Counted from the stretch's first letter, positions 26,593-36,521 are shown. The stretch: DNA of 40,638 nt from Myxococcota bacterium (GCA_040386535.1 JAZKFH010000065.1:12468-53105), one strand, 5' to 3'. Translations and numbers: made by a program. Notes: generated from the sequence alone by a model not told the origin.

Positions 26593-26999
26593 GCGGGGTC
26601 CTCGGATACAGGGGTGGCGGCCTAACCGGCCTTTGGACGAGGGGCACGCGGGGAACGTCCCCGTGGAGAGGAACGCGCCACGGTCGGGGTTCACGCCTGC
26701 CGTGGCACAACGAGACAGGTCGCCGCCGCGCGCAGGGTGCCCGGCACCGCCGTGGAGCGGGGGTCGGCGGCGTGGATAAGCACGAGGTAATTCGACGCAA
26801 GGAGTAGCGGAACTGGCGATGCCAGTGGCCTCCCGGGGCCGCGTCTTCCGGCGGGAGCGCGGGCGATTCGCCGGGATGTTCGGTCGCACGAACCCGCCTT
26901 TTCAGGGGTCGACGCCGATCCGTCCGGCCGCCCCGCGCAAGCGTTGCACGAGAACGGTGGAGGCGCGAACGGGAGGCGACCCGTGGCCGATCCTCGGCC

Positions 27000-27027
27000 T
27001 TGACATCCACGCCCAACAGGAAAGAAT
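27000..27027 (+). promoter_or_regulatory. Putative sigma70 promoter TTGACA-16-AAGAAT
   Basis: Perfect -35 hexamer; about 50 bp upstream of the 27077 ATG. Confidence 0.5.
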
Positions 27028-27076
27028 CGGGTCACACCGCCCACGTCCAGACGTGGTCTTCCCTCGGAGCAATCTC

Positions 27077-27382
27077 ATGCGCATCGCGTTGTTCGCCCTC
27101 GCCCTCGCCCTCCCCACCGCCGCCTTCGCCGGTGACGCCCCCGCGGCGGCTCCCGCGGCGACCCCCGCCGCCCCCGCCGACCCCGCGGCCGCTCCGGCGG
27201 CGCCCGCGACCCCCGCGGCCCCCGCCGCCGACGCTGCCGCGGCCCCCGCCGCTCCCGCAGCCGATGCCGCCGCCGCTCCCGCCGAGCCCGCCGCGGCCCC
27301 GGCCGTCGAGGAGAAGAAGGGCAAGAAGAAGCTCAAGAAGTCGGACAACAACCGCATGGAAGCCGAAGAGACCCGCGAGTAG
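27077..27382 (+). CDS. Small secreted Ala/Pro-rich protein with Lys-rich tail
   Basis: MRIALFALALALPTAAFA signal peptide; GGAG RBS; followed by a terminator. Confidence 0.75.
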   Translation: MRIALFALALALPTAAFAGDAPAAAPAATPAAPADPAAAPAAPATPAAPAADAAAAPAAPAADAAAAPAEPAAAPAVEEKKGKKKLKKSDNNRMEAEETRE

Positions 27383-27401
27383 CGCGCTCCTTCTCGTCGC
27401 C

Positions 27402-27435
27402 GAACGGCGCTCCTCCGGGGGCGCCGTTCTTCGTT
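27402..27435 (+). terminator. Rho-independent terminator
   Basis: GAACGGCGCTCC-TCCG-GGGGCGCCGTTC stem followed by TTCGTT. Confidence 0.65.
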
Positions 27436-27457
27436 GCGGGGTACGCCCCGCCCTCCG

Positions 27458-28195
27458 ATGGTCCTGCTCGTCCTCCTCAGCCACGCCGACGCGTTCTCGC
27501 CGGCGGTCCACCGTGCGCTCGCCGCCCGCGCCGTCGCGCTCGAGTCCGCCGCCGCCCCGTCGCGCGCCCTCCCCCTCCTCGCCGAGCCCCTCACCGCGGA
27601 GATCGCCGCCGCCTTCGTCCGCGGCGCCGGCAACGAGGACTGGAACCTGCCCCGCAAGTGGTTGCTCTGGCACCACTACTACAACCCGTCGTTCACGGTG
27701 CGCTCGTTGTGGCGGCGCCCCTCGGACCAGCGCGTGGCGCAGCTCGACGTGCTCATCCAGGGCGCGCTCGCCGAGGATCGGCCCGGCCGCGCCTGGCTCC
27801 TCGCGGGGCTGCTCGCCCACCACGTGCAGGACATGGCGTCGCCGCCCCACGTGGTGCCCGTGGCGCACGGCCTCTTCGACCCGTTCGAGTCGCAGGCCAC
27901 CGCCGACCTCGTCCCCTCATTGACCGGCGCCGCCGTCCCCGACCTCGCCCTTCCCGCGACCCACCACGCGCTCGCCCTGGACACGCTGGCGGCGCTGGAC
28001 GCGCCCCTGCTCTGCGATGGCGGGCCTGTCGCGCTCGCCACCGTCTGGGCGCCCCGCCCGGGCCGCTACGGGCGCGCGGTGATCCCTTTCGGCCGGGACT
28101 GCGCCGCGGGCGCGGACACGTTCCTCCACGCCCGCCTCGAGGCGGCGCTTGCCTACACCCGCGCCGTGATTCGCTACGTCGCCCGGATGAATTGA
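27458..28195 (+). CDS. Zinc-dependent phospholipase C / P1 nuclease-like protein
   Basis: Signal peptide then F...H; ED, HYYNP, HHVQDM.SP.H, FE metal-ligand pattern. Confidence 0.7.
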   Translation: MVLLVLLSHADAFSPAVHRALAARAVALESAAAPSRALPLLAEPLTAEIAAAFVRGAGNEDWNLPRKWLLWHHYYNPSFTVRSLWRRPSDQRVAQLDVLIQGALAEDRPGRAWLLAGLLAHHVQDMASPPHVVPVAHGLFDPFESQATADLVPSLTGAAVPDLALPATHHALALDTLAALDAPLLCDGGPVALATVWAPRPGRYGRAVIPFGRDCAAGADTFLHARLEAALAYTRAVIRYVARMN

Positions 28196-28728
28196 ACCGC
28201 GATCACGACGCACGGCACGTCCGCGACCACGGCCCCATCGAGCTCCGCGAGTTCCCACGCCGCGACGGGAACGCCGCCGACCACGCCGTCGGCGAGGGCG
28301 AGCACCCACCGCCCGGCCACCGGGCCCGGCCCGCTGACCGTGACCTGCGCGCGGCACGTGGCGCGATCGGTCATGACGTTGAAGTCGGACACCGGCCCGC
28401 CGGGGAGCGTGCAGCCCCACGCGTCCTCTCCGGCGAAGGCGAACGGCTCGTTCGGGAGCGTGACGAGCACGTCGCGCCCGTCGTGACCGGTCAGGCGGAA
28501 GCCGGCGCCGCGGAGGAGCAGGATCACGCGGTCGACACCCGGAAAGCGGGAGAAGGGCCCGTCCGCGGCGACCTCCGCGATCGAGAGGCGCACCCCGAAG
28601 CCGGCGGCGCCCTCCCCCTCGCGTACGAGCTCGTGGGTCACGCCGCCGCCGTTCTTCCACGGCATGGTGACACGATCGGCCGCGCGCACGACGCGCACGA
28701 CGCGGCCGGTCGCGCCCGCCCGCGCCAT
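28174..28728 (-). CDS. HutD/Ves family protein
   Basis: MPWKNGGG.T.E, RLSIA.V...GPFS.FPGVDR, DFNVM. Confidence 0.9.
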   Translation of the reverse strand: MARAGATGRVVRVVRAADRVTMPWKNGGGVTHELVREGEGAAGFGVRLSIAEVAADGPFSRFPGVDRVILLLRGAGFRLTGHDGRDVLVTLPNEPFAFAGEDAWGCTLPGGPVSDFNVMTDRATCRAQVTVSGPGPVAGRWVLALADGVVGGVPVAAWELAELDGAVVADVPCVVIAVQFIRAT

Positions 28729-28736
28729 CCGAACGC

Positions 28737-29768
28737 TCAGTTCGCCTTCGGCTTCTGCGCGGCGGTGATCGCCACGTACTCGCGCTCGGCCATCTTGAGG
28801 TGGTCGAGCACGATCGCGACGTTCTTCTTCGTCGTCTCGTCCGGGCGCTCGGTGTCGAGCGTCTGCATGGAGCGCACGAGCTCGTGGAGCACCTCGCAGT
28901 GCTCGGAGAGGGCGGCGCGGTCGCGGGTCTCGCGGGGCTTGCCGGCGTAGTTCTGGCGGTAGGTCTCGAAGCGCTTGTTCGCATCGTCGCCCAGCGCGGC
29001 GCCGATGGCCGTGCCGCGGGCCTCGGCCCGCGCCTTCTTGATGCGCGCGAGCTCGTTGCGGTGGTGGGTGATGCGCTCGGTCACCTTCGTCAGGTTCGCG
29101 GTGTGCACCTCGGTGTCGACGCCCTGCTCGCGCACCCGCACCATCGAGACGCGGATGGCCTCGAGGGCGTCGATGACGCGCTGGAGCAGGCCGGGGCGGC
29201 GCGACTGGAGCGACTGGCCCTGGAAATGCAGGCGGTAGTGGCCGAACTGGATGTTCGCGGCCGTGGCGAGCACGCGCGCCTGCTCCGACGGGGCCAGGGC
29301 GTAGCGGGCGTCCGCGATGGCGGTGCGCTCGGCGGCGTAGAGGCGCTGGTTGACCTCCATCTGCTCGCGCCGCGTCGCGAGGCGGCTGTTGTCGATCTTC
29401 GGCATCGCCGCGATCCACGCGGCCTCCTCGAGCGCCATCTCGGTCATCAGCCCGAGGTCTCGCGTGGGGCGGTTCTGGCCCGCGAACAGGCGCATGTAGC
29501 GGGCGCGGTTGATCTCGGACCACTCGGCGAGGCGCCACCCCGCGACGGCCTTCGGCCCGCCGGCCTGCACCGCGGCGATCTCGGCGCGCTCGGTCTTGTA
29601 GAGGGTGAGCCGCTCGTCGACCGTGGCCTTCTCGGCGTCGGCGACGCCGGCAGCCACGAGGCGCTCGGTGTCCCCGATGATCGTGTCGAGCAGGGCGAGA
29701 TCGCGGGTGGCGCGGGAGCGGCCGACGAAGGCCTTGCGGTAGCGGTCGTGAACGGCTTCGACAGACAT
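28737..29768 (-). CDS. Hypothetical helical protein with four internal repeats
   Basis: ATG 29768; repeated Y-x3-F-x-G-x2-R-x-TRD motif; the ORF-track 5' extension is a shadow of the opposite-strand gene. Confidence 0.8.
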   Translation of the reverse strand: MSVEAVHDRYRKAFVGRSRATRDLALLDTIIGDTERLVAAGVADAEKATVDERLTLYKTERAEIAAVQAGGPKAVAGWRLAEWSEINRARYMRLFAGQNRPTRDLGLMTEMALEEAAWIAAMPKIDNSRLATRREQMEVNQRLYAAERTAIADARYALAPSEQARVLATAANIQFGHYRLHFQGQSLQSRRPGLLQRVIDALEAIRVSMVRVREQGVDTEVHTANLTKVTERITHHRNELARIKKARAEARGTAIGAALGDDANKRFETYRQNYAGKPRETRDRAALSEHCEVLHELVRSMQTLDTERPDETTKKNVAIVLDHLKMAEREYVAITAAQKPKAN

Positions 29769-29858
29769 GAGGAACCTCGGAAACCACACGACTAACCGGC
29801 CCGCGGCGCCGCGCGCGCCCCGAGACGCCACGGCCGTGCCGCTGCTACAGTTGCTGAC

Positions 29859-31703
29859 ATGCGCCTGCTCGCCGCCTCCGCCCTGCTCCCGTTCGTGCTC
29901 GGGGTCGCCGCCGGCTGCCGTGTCGACCCCCCGGCCTCGGACGACAAGCCCGTGACCGACACCGCGGACGGCCTGGACGCCGATGCGGACGGCTTCTCGA
30001 GCGAGGAGGGCGACTGTGACGACGCCGACGCGAACGTGCGCCCGGGCGCCACGGAGCTGTGCAACGGCGTGGACGACGACTGCGACGACACGGTCGACGA
30101 GGAGGTGACCGCCACGTTCTACGCCGACACCGACCGGGACGGCTTCGGCGACCCCGCGGGCGCCGCCCAGGTGTGTGAGGCCCCCGCCGGCTACGTGTCC
30201 AGCGGCACCGACTGCGACGACACGGACGCGGACGCGTACCCGTCGAACGTCGAGACGTGTGACGGCGTCGACAACGACTGCGACGGCGTCGTGGACGACG
30301 GCGTGGCGACGGTGTTCTACGCCGACGCCGATCGCGACGGCCACGGCGATCCGGACACGGCGGTCCCGGGCTGCGAGCCCCCCGCCGGCGCCGTGCCGCT
30401 CGGCGACGACTGCGACGACACCAACGCCGCGGCCTTTCCGGGCAACCCCGAGGTGTGCGACGAGCACGACAACGACTGCAACGGCGTGGTCGACGAGGGC
30501 GTGACCACCACGTGGTTCGGCGATGTCGACGCCGACGGCTTCGGGGACGCCGCGCTGGTCGAGGAGGCCTGCGATGCCCCCGCCGGGTACGCCGCCACGG
30601 ACGACGACTGCGACGACGCCGCGGCCGACGTGTTCCCCGGCGCCACCGAGGTCTGTAACGGTGACGACGACGACTGCGACGGCACCGTGGACGAGGCCGA
30701 CGCCACCGGCACCCTCTCCTGGTACGCCGACGCGGACGCCGACGGCTGGGGCGCGGGGAGCGCGGTGCGCGCCTGTGAGGCCCCAGGCGGCTACGTCATC
30801 GACGGGACCGACTGCGACGACGGGCGCGCGGCCACCCACCCGACGGCGACCGAGTCCTGCAACGGCTACGACGACGACTGCGACGGAACGGTGGACGAGG
30901 CGGACGCCGCCGACGCGCCCACCTGGCACCTCGACTACGACGGCGACGGCTGGGGCGGCGCCCGCTTCACCTCCGTCGGCTGCGCGGCGCCCACGGGCTA
31001 CGTCGCGAGCGCCTCGGACTGTGACGACGCCGACGCGGCCAGCTCCCCTGGTGGCACCGAGGTGTGCGACGAGGCGGACAACGACTGCGACGGCGCCGTG
31101 GACGACGGCCTCACGGTCCCCACCTGGTACGCGGACGACGACGGCGACGGCTGGGGCGACGCCGACGCGACCGTGACCGAGTGCGCCGCGCCGTCGGGGT
31201 TCGTGGCGGACGACGGCGACTGCGACGACGACGACGCGAGCACCAGCCCGAGCGAGGCCGAGGTGTGCGACGGGTACGACGAGGACTGCTCGGGCCTCGC
31301 CGACGACGGCGGCGTGTGTCCCTGCGACGTGGACTGGTACGACGACCACGCCTACCAGTTCTGCGATACGGCGACGACCTGGGCCGCGGCGTCGGCCACG
31401 TGCGCGGCGTACGGCTACCACCTCGTCACGGTGGACACGAGCGCCGAAGACGCGTGGCTCGTCTCCGTCGCGACCACGACGTACGCCAGCGTGCCCGAGG
31501 CCTACTGGTGGACCGGCTTCAACGACCTGGCCTCCGAGGGCTCCTGGGTGTGGGAGGACGGCTCCCCCGTGACCTGGACCCAGTGGAACAGCCTCGAGCC
31601 GAACAACGCCAACAACGAGGACTGCGGCCAGCTCATCTGGGGGACGCACTGGAACGACTGGCCGTGCGATCTCGCCTCGACGTTCATCTGCGAAGCCGAC
31701 TGA
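29859..31703 (+). CDS. Lipoprotein with 7 MopE-like (putative metal-binding) repeats and a C-terminal C-type lectin domain
   Basis: AAGC lipobox; D.D.DG.G..C..DCDD..P...E.C...D.DCDG..DE repeats; W.G..D...EG.W.W.DG, EPNN..EDC, WND..C. Confidence 0.9.
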   Translation: MRLLAASALLPFVLGVAAGCRVDPPASDDKPVTDTADGLDADADGFSSEEGDCDDADANVRPGATELCNGVDDDCDDTVDEEVTATFYADTDRDGFGDPAGAAQVCEAPAGYVSSGTDCDDTDADAYPSNVETCDGVDNDCDGVVDDGVATVFYADADRDGHGDPDTAVPGCEPPAGAVPLGDDCDDTNAAAFPGNPEVCDEHDNDCNGVVDEGVTTTWFGDVDADGFGDAALVEEACDAPAGYAATDDDCDDAAADVFPGATEVCNGDDDDCDGTVDEADATGTLSWYADADADGWGAGSAVRACEAPGGYVIDGTDCDDGRAATHPTATESCNGYDDDCDGTVDEADAADAPTWHLDYDGDGWGGARFTSVGCAAPTGYVASASDCDDADAASSPGGTEVCDEADNDCDGAVDDGLTVPTWYADDDGDGWGDADATVTECAAPSGFVADDGDCDDDDASTSPSEAEVCDGYDEDCSGLADDGGVCPCDVDWYDDHAYQFCDTATTWAAASATCAAYGYHLVTVDTSAEDAWLVSVATTTYASVPEAYWWTGFNDLASEGSWVWEDGSPVTWTQWNSLEPNNANNEDCGQLIWGTHWNDWPCDLASTFICEAD

Positions 31704-31724
31704 TCCACGGCGCGGGCCCCGGAG

Positions 31725-34328
31725 CTACGCCAAGATCATCCGCGTATACGCGCCCACGAAGAACGTGAGGATGATGATGCCCATGAACGCGTGCGCGGTG
31801 TTCAGGTAGCGGAACCGCAGGTTGGACTCGCCGAAGTCCCACCCGGTGTTGAAGCCGCCGAGCGACTGCAGCGACACGTAGAACATCCCGATCCAGGGGA
31901 TGTCGCGGATCGGCACGTCGTCGCCGTTGTAGGACATGACGGTGTCCGCGCAGAACACCTTGTAGGCGACCATGAAGGCGAGGCACACGATCAGCGCGGT
32001 GACGGCGAGGTTGCCGAGGCGCACGCCCCAGCCGAACGCGAGCTCGAACAGGAGGAAGCGCACGGGCCACGCGAGCGTGTCGAGGACGCCGCCGTAGCGG
32101 GCGCCGAAGCTGGTCTCGTGGTGCTTGATCCACCAGTAGGCCCAGTCCTCGTCGCCCGTCATGGCGCGGTCGCCGAAGCTCTGCTTGAGTGACACGAACT
32201 CGTCCATCGCGCGGGCGTGGCACGCCTTGCGGATCTCGGCGTCCTCGGGCGGGGTGCCGCGGTAGTCGCGCAGGATGCGCAGGTCGGTCGCAAGGGGGCC
32301 CGTGCCGAACGCGCACCCCTCGTAGTAGAGGCGGTGTCCCGAACCGTCGCCTTCCACCTGCGCACGGTCGACCTGGAAGGTGCCGATCTCGCTGCCGTAG
32401 AAGGAGAGCGTCGCGTCCCCGGTGAAGCGGGCGTCCGTCAACGTGACGCGGCCGGGCACGTTCGCGTCGTCCAGCACGAGGGTCTCGTGGAAGGTGGCCT
32501 CGTTGAGCGCCACCTCCTGCGCGTAGATCGTGGTGAAGTCCGCCGAGGAGTGCCACGTGGTGCGCTCGAAGTGCGTCTCGCCGCCGAACTGGGTGTTGTA
32601 GAACTCGGCCGTGGTCGCCGGGCCGGTGTCGCCGGGCGCGCGGGGCAGCCCGAACGCGACGCGCTCGAAGATGACGAAGCCGCCGAACACGGAGTTCGCG
32701 AACGACAGGTTCCCCTGCACGCGGGCGATGAGGTCGTCGACGTGCTCGACGCCGTAGGAGGAGCCCGTGGCGAGCGGCTCCTCGGCGTCCTCGTCGCCCT
32801 GGTAGTCGCGGTAGAGCGACAACAGCGGCGAGGGATCGCCGAGGTAGCGGGCGCGCGTCACGTCATCGAGGGAGAAGCGGACCTTGCCGTCGAACCGCGC
32901 GTCGACGAAGCGGGCGTCGCCCACGAGATCGGCGCCGATCAGATCCATCCCGCCGAGGAAGACCTCCTTCATGTCGAGGCTGTCGGCGAAGACGGACCGG
33001 GAGAGGTTGAGCCGCCCGCCCACGCTGGTGGAGGAGAAGGACACCGGGCCGTCGAAGCGGCCGTCCTCGAACGTCGCGGCGCGGCGCCACTCGCACCCGT
33101 CGAAGTGGACCGGCCCCTCGAAGCGCACCGAGTTGAAGTAGACCTCGCGCTCGGCGTAGAGCCCGGTGAAGGTCGTCGCCTTGCGGAAGCGCGCGGACCC
33201 GAAGTATGCCATCTTCTCGATGCGGGCGCGCTTGAAGTTGGCGCCCTCGCCGAACACCGTGAAGCGGAAGTCGGCCGGGGCGGAGAAGCGGGCGCCGCGG
33301 AAGTCGGCCACGCCCTCGAACACGGTGAGCGGAAACGCGGCCTTGCGCCCGCTGATCGTGATGTCCTGGAAGTTGGCCTTGCCGAGGAACACGGTCTCGC
33401 GGGTGGTCAGCTCCTCGAAGCGGCTCCCCGGAAACGCCTTGCTCTGGTTGACCTTGCCTTCCCAGGTCTTGCCGACGTCAAAATCGCCGAGGACGAACCC
33501 GCTCACGACGAGCTGCCCCACGTCGAGATCGGGGAGGCGCACCCGCCCGATCACGCACTGGCTGAACTGCATCCGGTGCGGGAGCGTGGCGGGGTCGACG
33601 CCGGTGAGATCCAGCTCGTCGATGTAGCAGTAGCGGAGCTTCTTGGTGTCGTCCCCCGCGGCCACGGCGCGCAGGCGCGGGAGCACGTCCGCGTTCGCGA
33701 CGCGCTCGAGGTGCCGCGGCTCGCCCTTCTTCGTGACGTAGATGACCTGGTCCGTGGCGCCGTTCTTCACGGCCTCGGCCATCGTGCGCACGCGCGTCAC
33801 GAGCTCGCTCACCAGGGCGTCGCGGTTGGGGTGGTGCGAGGCGATGCGCAGCACCAGGACGGTGTAGAGCACGTCGTTCTGGGCGGCCGCACGGTAGCGG
33901 GCCTCGGCGCCCGCGGTGTCCCCGAGGTGCTCCAGCACGAGCGCCTCGCGCAGGTTTGCCGAGTAACGTAGGTAGACGGCGAGCTCTTCGGCGTCGACGG
34001 CCTTCTCGTAGAGAGCGCGGGCGAGCGCCACGTTCCCGCCGTCACGATGCACGTCCGCCGCGCGGATGAGCGCGCGGGGGTCGGTGACGGACGCGGCGTC
34101 CTCGATGGACTGGATGCGCACCGGGCGGTCGCCCGAGTGCACGGGCTCGGGCGCGACGGAGCCCTCGGCGCCGCCTGGAGCGGCCCCTGCCGCCGCGGCC
34201 CCTTCTGGAGTGCCGCCGCCGACCTCCCCGCCGGCCTTGTCCTCGGGGCCCGCGGCACGCGCGAGCCCCAGCGCGGTGACGACGAGCATCACCACGAGGA
34301 GCAGGCGGCGGTAGAGCGAGGGCACCAT
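31725..34328 (-). CDS. TPR + pentapeptide-repeat protein with C-terminal two-TM ion-channel-like module
   Basis: N-terminal hydrophobic segment; TPR-like helices; (A.F..A.F.G)n repeats; GWG.R..TM..FY.SLQSL..G..FG..TM end. Confidence 0.8.
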   Translation of the reverse strand: MVPSLYRRLLLVVMLVVTALGLARAAGPEDKAGGEVGGGTPEGAAAAGAAPGGAEGSVAPEPVHSGDRPVRIQSIEDAASVTDPRALIRAADVHRDGGNVALARALYEKAVDAEELAVYLRYSANLREALVLEHLGDTAGAEARYRAAAQNDVLYTVLVLRIASHHPNRDALVSELVTRVRTMAEAVKNGATDQVIYVTKKGEPRHLERVANADVLPRLRAVAAGDDTKKLRYCYIDELDLTGVDPATLPHRMQFSQCVIGRVRLPDLDVGQLVVSGFVLGDFDVGKTWEGKVNQSKAFPGSRFEELTTRETVFLGKANFQDITISGRKAAFPLTVFEGVADFRGARFSAPADFRFTVFGEGANFKRARIEKMAYFGSARFRKATTFTGLYAEREVYFNSVRFEGPVHFDGCEWRRAATFEDGRFDGPVSFSSTSVGGRLNLSRSVFADSLDMKEVFLGGMDLIGADLVGDARFVDARFDGKVRFSLDDVTRARYLGDPSPLLSLYRDYQGDEDAEEPLATGSSYGVEHVDDLIARVQGNLSFANSVFGGFVIFERVAFGLPRAPGDTGPATTAEFYNTQFGGETHFERTTWHSSADFTTIYAQEVALNEATFHETLVLDDANVPGRVTLTDARFTGDATLSFYGSEIGTFQVDRAQVEGDGSGHRLYYEGCAFGTGPLATDLRILRDYRGTPPEDAEIRKACHARAMDEFVSLKQSFGDRAMTGDEDWAYWWIKHHETSFGARYGGVLDTLAWPVRFLLFELAFGWGVRLGNLAVTALIVCLAFMVAYKVFCADTVMSYNGDDVPIRDIPWIGMFYVSLQSLGGFNTGWDFGESNLRFRYLNTAHAFMGIIILTFFVGAYTRMILA

Positions 34329-34330
34329 GA

Positions 34331-35449
34331 TCAGCGGACGGCCGCGCTCCGGGAGACGACCCAGCCCTGATCCGCGCTCATGTCCGTGGAGTCGGCGCTC
34401 GACGCCCACCACATGAGGTTCTCGGCGCCGGTGCCCGCGCACTCGCTCGAGGAGAAGGTGCCGTTGCCGTCCGTGTCGCTCGCGCATTCGGGCGTGTCGC
34501 CGAGGGGATCGGACTCGCTGCCGTCCTTCTCGGTGGTGTGGAACAGGCCGAGAAAATGCCCGCCCTCGTGCGCCATGATGCGCGCCACCTCGGCGGGATC
34601 GCTCTCGAACGACGCGGTCGTCACGACGACGCCCGACTTGCTCGTGCCGCCCACGGCCGCGGTGCCCGGGGGCCCGCCCGCGAGGCCGAGGATGGTGGCG
34701 CCCTCGTCGTCCGTGATCTCCTGGACGAAGAAGAACGTGATCGACCGATCGCCCGCGGCATCGACCGTGCGGAAGAGCGTGCCGAGCTCCTCGTCCCCGT
34801 CGACGACCGTGTACTTGTCAACGTCGCCGTCGAAGTCCGTGTACGTGACGGTGCCGACGGACAGGCCACCGCCGGCCCACATCGCCGTGACCTGGTCCAT
34901 CACGCCGGCCATCGTGGTCTCGCCCTCGGCAGCGTTCAGACCGGCGGCGATGCCGTCTACCCCGACGAACACGAGGTGGATGTTGACCGTGGGGTCCGCC
35001 TCGACCGGCTGGGTGCGGTACACGGCGCTGCAGGTGACGCTCACGGCCTCCTCGGCGTCGAAGTACAGACGCAGGCCGTACGCGCCGGCGGTCAGGTCGA
35101 GGTCGGGCGAGACGGGGAGCAGGATCGGCAGGATGTCGCTGTGGATCCCGACGCGCATGGCGGTCGCGGTGGGCTCCTCCATGTCGAACACCACGCTCGC
35201 GTCGGGCGCGGTGATCGACTCGGCCGTGGAGAGCGTGTCGTAGCCGTAGGGGCCGCAGTGCACGAGCGCGGAGACCGCGCCGTCGGCCGGCTCGAAGGGC
35301 ACGTCGACACCGCCGCCGGTGTCGGTGGTGAAGGTGCCGAGCTCTTCACGCTCGAGGCCCTCTTCCTGGTCGACCTTGTCGCCGTCGCAGGCAGCGAGGA
35401 CGCAGAAGGCCAGGAAGGTCGAGGAAAGCGGGAACAGACGGGTGGACAT
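34331..35449 (-). CDS. Lipoprotein zinc metalloprotease (metzincin, M43-like)
   Basis: LAAC lipobox; AHEGGHFLGLFHT, DTPEC, NLM Met-turn. Confidence 0.85.
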   Translation of the reverse strand: MSTRLFPLSSTFLAFCVLAACDGDKVDQEEGLEREELGTFTTDTGGGVDVPFEPADGAVSALVHCGPYGYDTLSTAESITAPDASVVFDMEEPTATAMRVGIHSDILPILLPVSPDLDLTAGAYGLRLYFDAEEAVSVTCSAVYRTQPVEADPTVNIHLVFVGVDGIAAGLNAAEGETTMAGVMDQVTAMWAGGGLSVGTVTYTDFDGDVDKYTVVDGDEELGTLFRTVDAAGDRSITFFFVQEITDDEGATILGLAGGPPGTAAVGGTSKSGVVVTTASFESDPAEVARIMAHEGGHFLGLFHTTEKDGSESDPLGDTPECASDTDGNGTFSSSECAGTGAENLMWWASSADSTDMSADQGWVVSRSAAVR

Positions 35450-35455
35450 GCGGCC

Positions 35456-35980
35456 CTACTTCCCGCTCAAGGCGGTGGACAACGTGGTGCGCACGGTCGC
35501 GTCGGCCTCGATGGCGAGGCGGCCGCGGAGAGCGGCGGTTGCGCCCGGGGTGCCGACCCGGCCGAGCGCGCGGGCGGCGGCCACGCGGAGCTGCGTGTCG
35601 GGCGCGGCGAGCGCGCGGGACAGCTCGGAGAGGGCGCCATCGCCCCAGCCCGCGGCGAGGGCGTAGACGGCCTTGCGCCGGAGGAGCGCGTCCGTCCCGT
35701 CGGTGCTGGCGAGGCTGGCGAGCAGCGCGCGGTGCGTGTCCGTGGGGAAGAAGCCGAGCGCGTACACGGCCCCCGCCCGCTTCGTGGGGGAGAGCGTGCC
35801 GTCCTGCGCGAGCACGTAGAGCTCGGCGCCCGCGCCGGCGCCCAGGCCGCGCCAGTCGGCGGCGTTCGCCGGCTCCTCGTAGGCGGACAACAGATCGATC
35901 ACCTTGGCGCGCAGCGCCTCGTCCGCACGCGCGGCCGGGGAAAGCGCGGCCACGAGCAACATCACCACGAGAGTACGCAT
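35456..35980 (-). CDS. Secreted HEAT-repeat protein
   Basis: Signal peptide; R..AVYAL, LR.AAARALG repeats. Confidence 0.8.
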   Translation of the reverse strand: MRTLVVMLLVAALSPAARADEALRAKVIDLLSAYEEPANAADWRGLGAGAGAELYVLAQDGTLSPTKRAGAVYALGFFPTDTHRALLASLASTDGTDALLRRKAVYALAAGWGDGALSELSRALAAPDTQLRVAAARALGRVGTPGATAALRGRLAIEADATVRTTLSTALSGK

Positions 35981-36070
35981 CCGAGCTCCACCGAAGAGGC
36001 CGGCCTATCGACGCCGCGCGCACGGGGCAATCACCCGGCCGATCACGCGGGTGATCACGCCGGCCGAAGG

Positions 36071-36487
36071 TCACTCCGTCGGGCGGACCGGCGTGAAGGT
36101 GATGGGGAGCGTGATCGAGCCGTCGTCGCTGTCCACCTCGAGCTCGGTCGTGACCTCGGTGTCGATCTCGCCGGAGACGTAGCCGCACACGCCTACGGTG
36201 AACGTGTAGGCGGCGCCGGGCCCGAGATCGCCGAGGGCGACGGGGAACTCCTGGGTGCCGAACCCGGCGAGGCACAGCCGGTCGGGGTCGTACTCGGGCA
36301 GCTCGATGACGATCGTGCTCTTGCCCTCGTTGGTGAGGGTCACCACCTCGGTCGCGTAGCCCTCGTCGGGCACCTCGCCGTTGAAGTCGACCTCGCCGAA
36401 CGCGAGCGTGTCGGGGGAGAACACGAGGCCGGCCGGGGGGGTGCAGCCGGTGGCGAGGACGCTGGCGAGGAGGAGGGCGAGGCGCAT
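36071..36487 (-). CDS. Lipoprotein with Ig-like (ASH/choice-of-anchor D-like) domain
   Basis: LATGC lipobox; P..L.FG.V, VTLTN.G, L.PG, L.V.SDD. Confidence 0.75.
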   Translation of the reverse strand: MRLALLLASVLATGCTPPAGLVFSPDTLAFGEVDFNGEVPDEGYATEVVTLTNEGKSTIVIELPEYDPDRLCLAGFGTQEFPVALGDLGPGAAYTFTVGVCGYVSGEIDTEVTTELEVDSDDGSITLPITFTPVRPTE

Positions 36488-36521
36488 CGGGGCTCCGGCG
36501 AGGTGAGAGGAGAGGAGAGGG

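Noticed and set aside
26593..27076. ncRNA or riboswitch in the 480-bp divergent intergenic region
   Set aside because: No recognisable family motif by eye; an Rfam scan would be needed.
28737..31649. 970-aa fusion protein
   Set aside because: The 5' two-thirds is antisense to the MopE-lectin gene; the real start is most likely ATG 29768.
36030..36068. GATCAC/CCGGCCGA repeats as a regulatory site
   Set aside because: Short and GC-rich with no supporting context; could be a simple hairpin.
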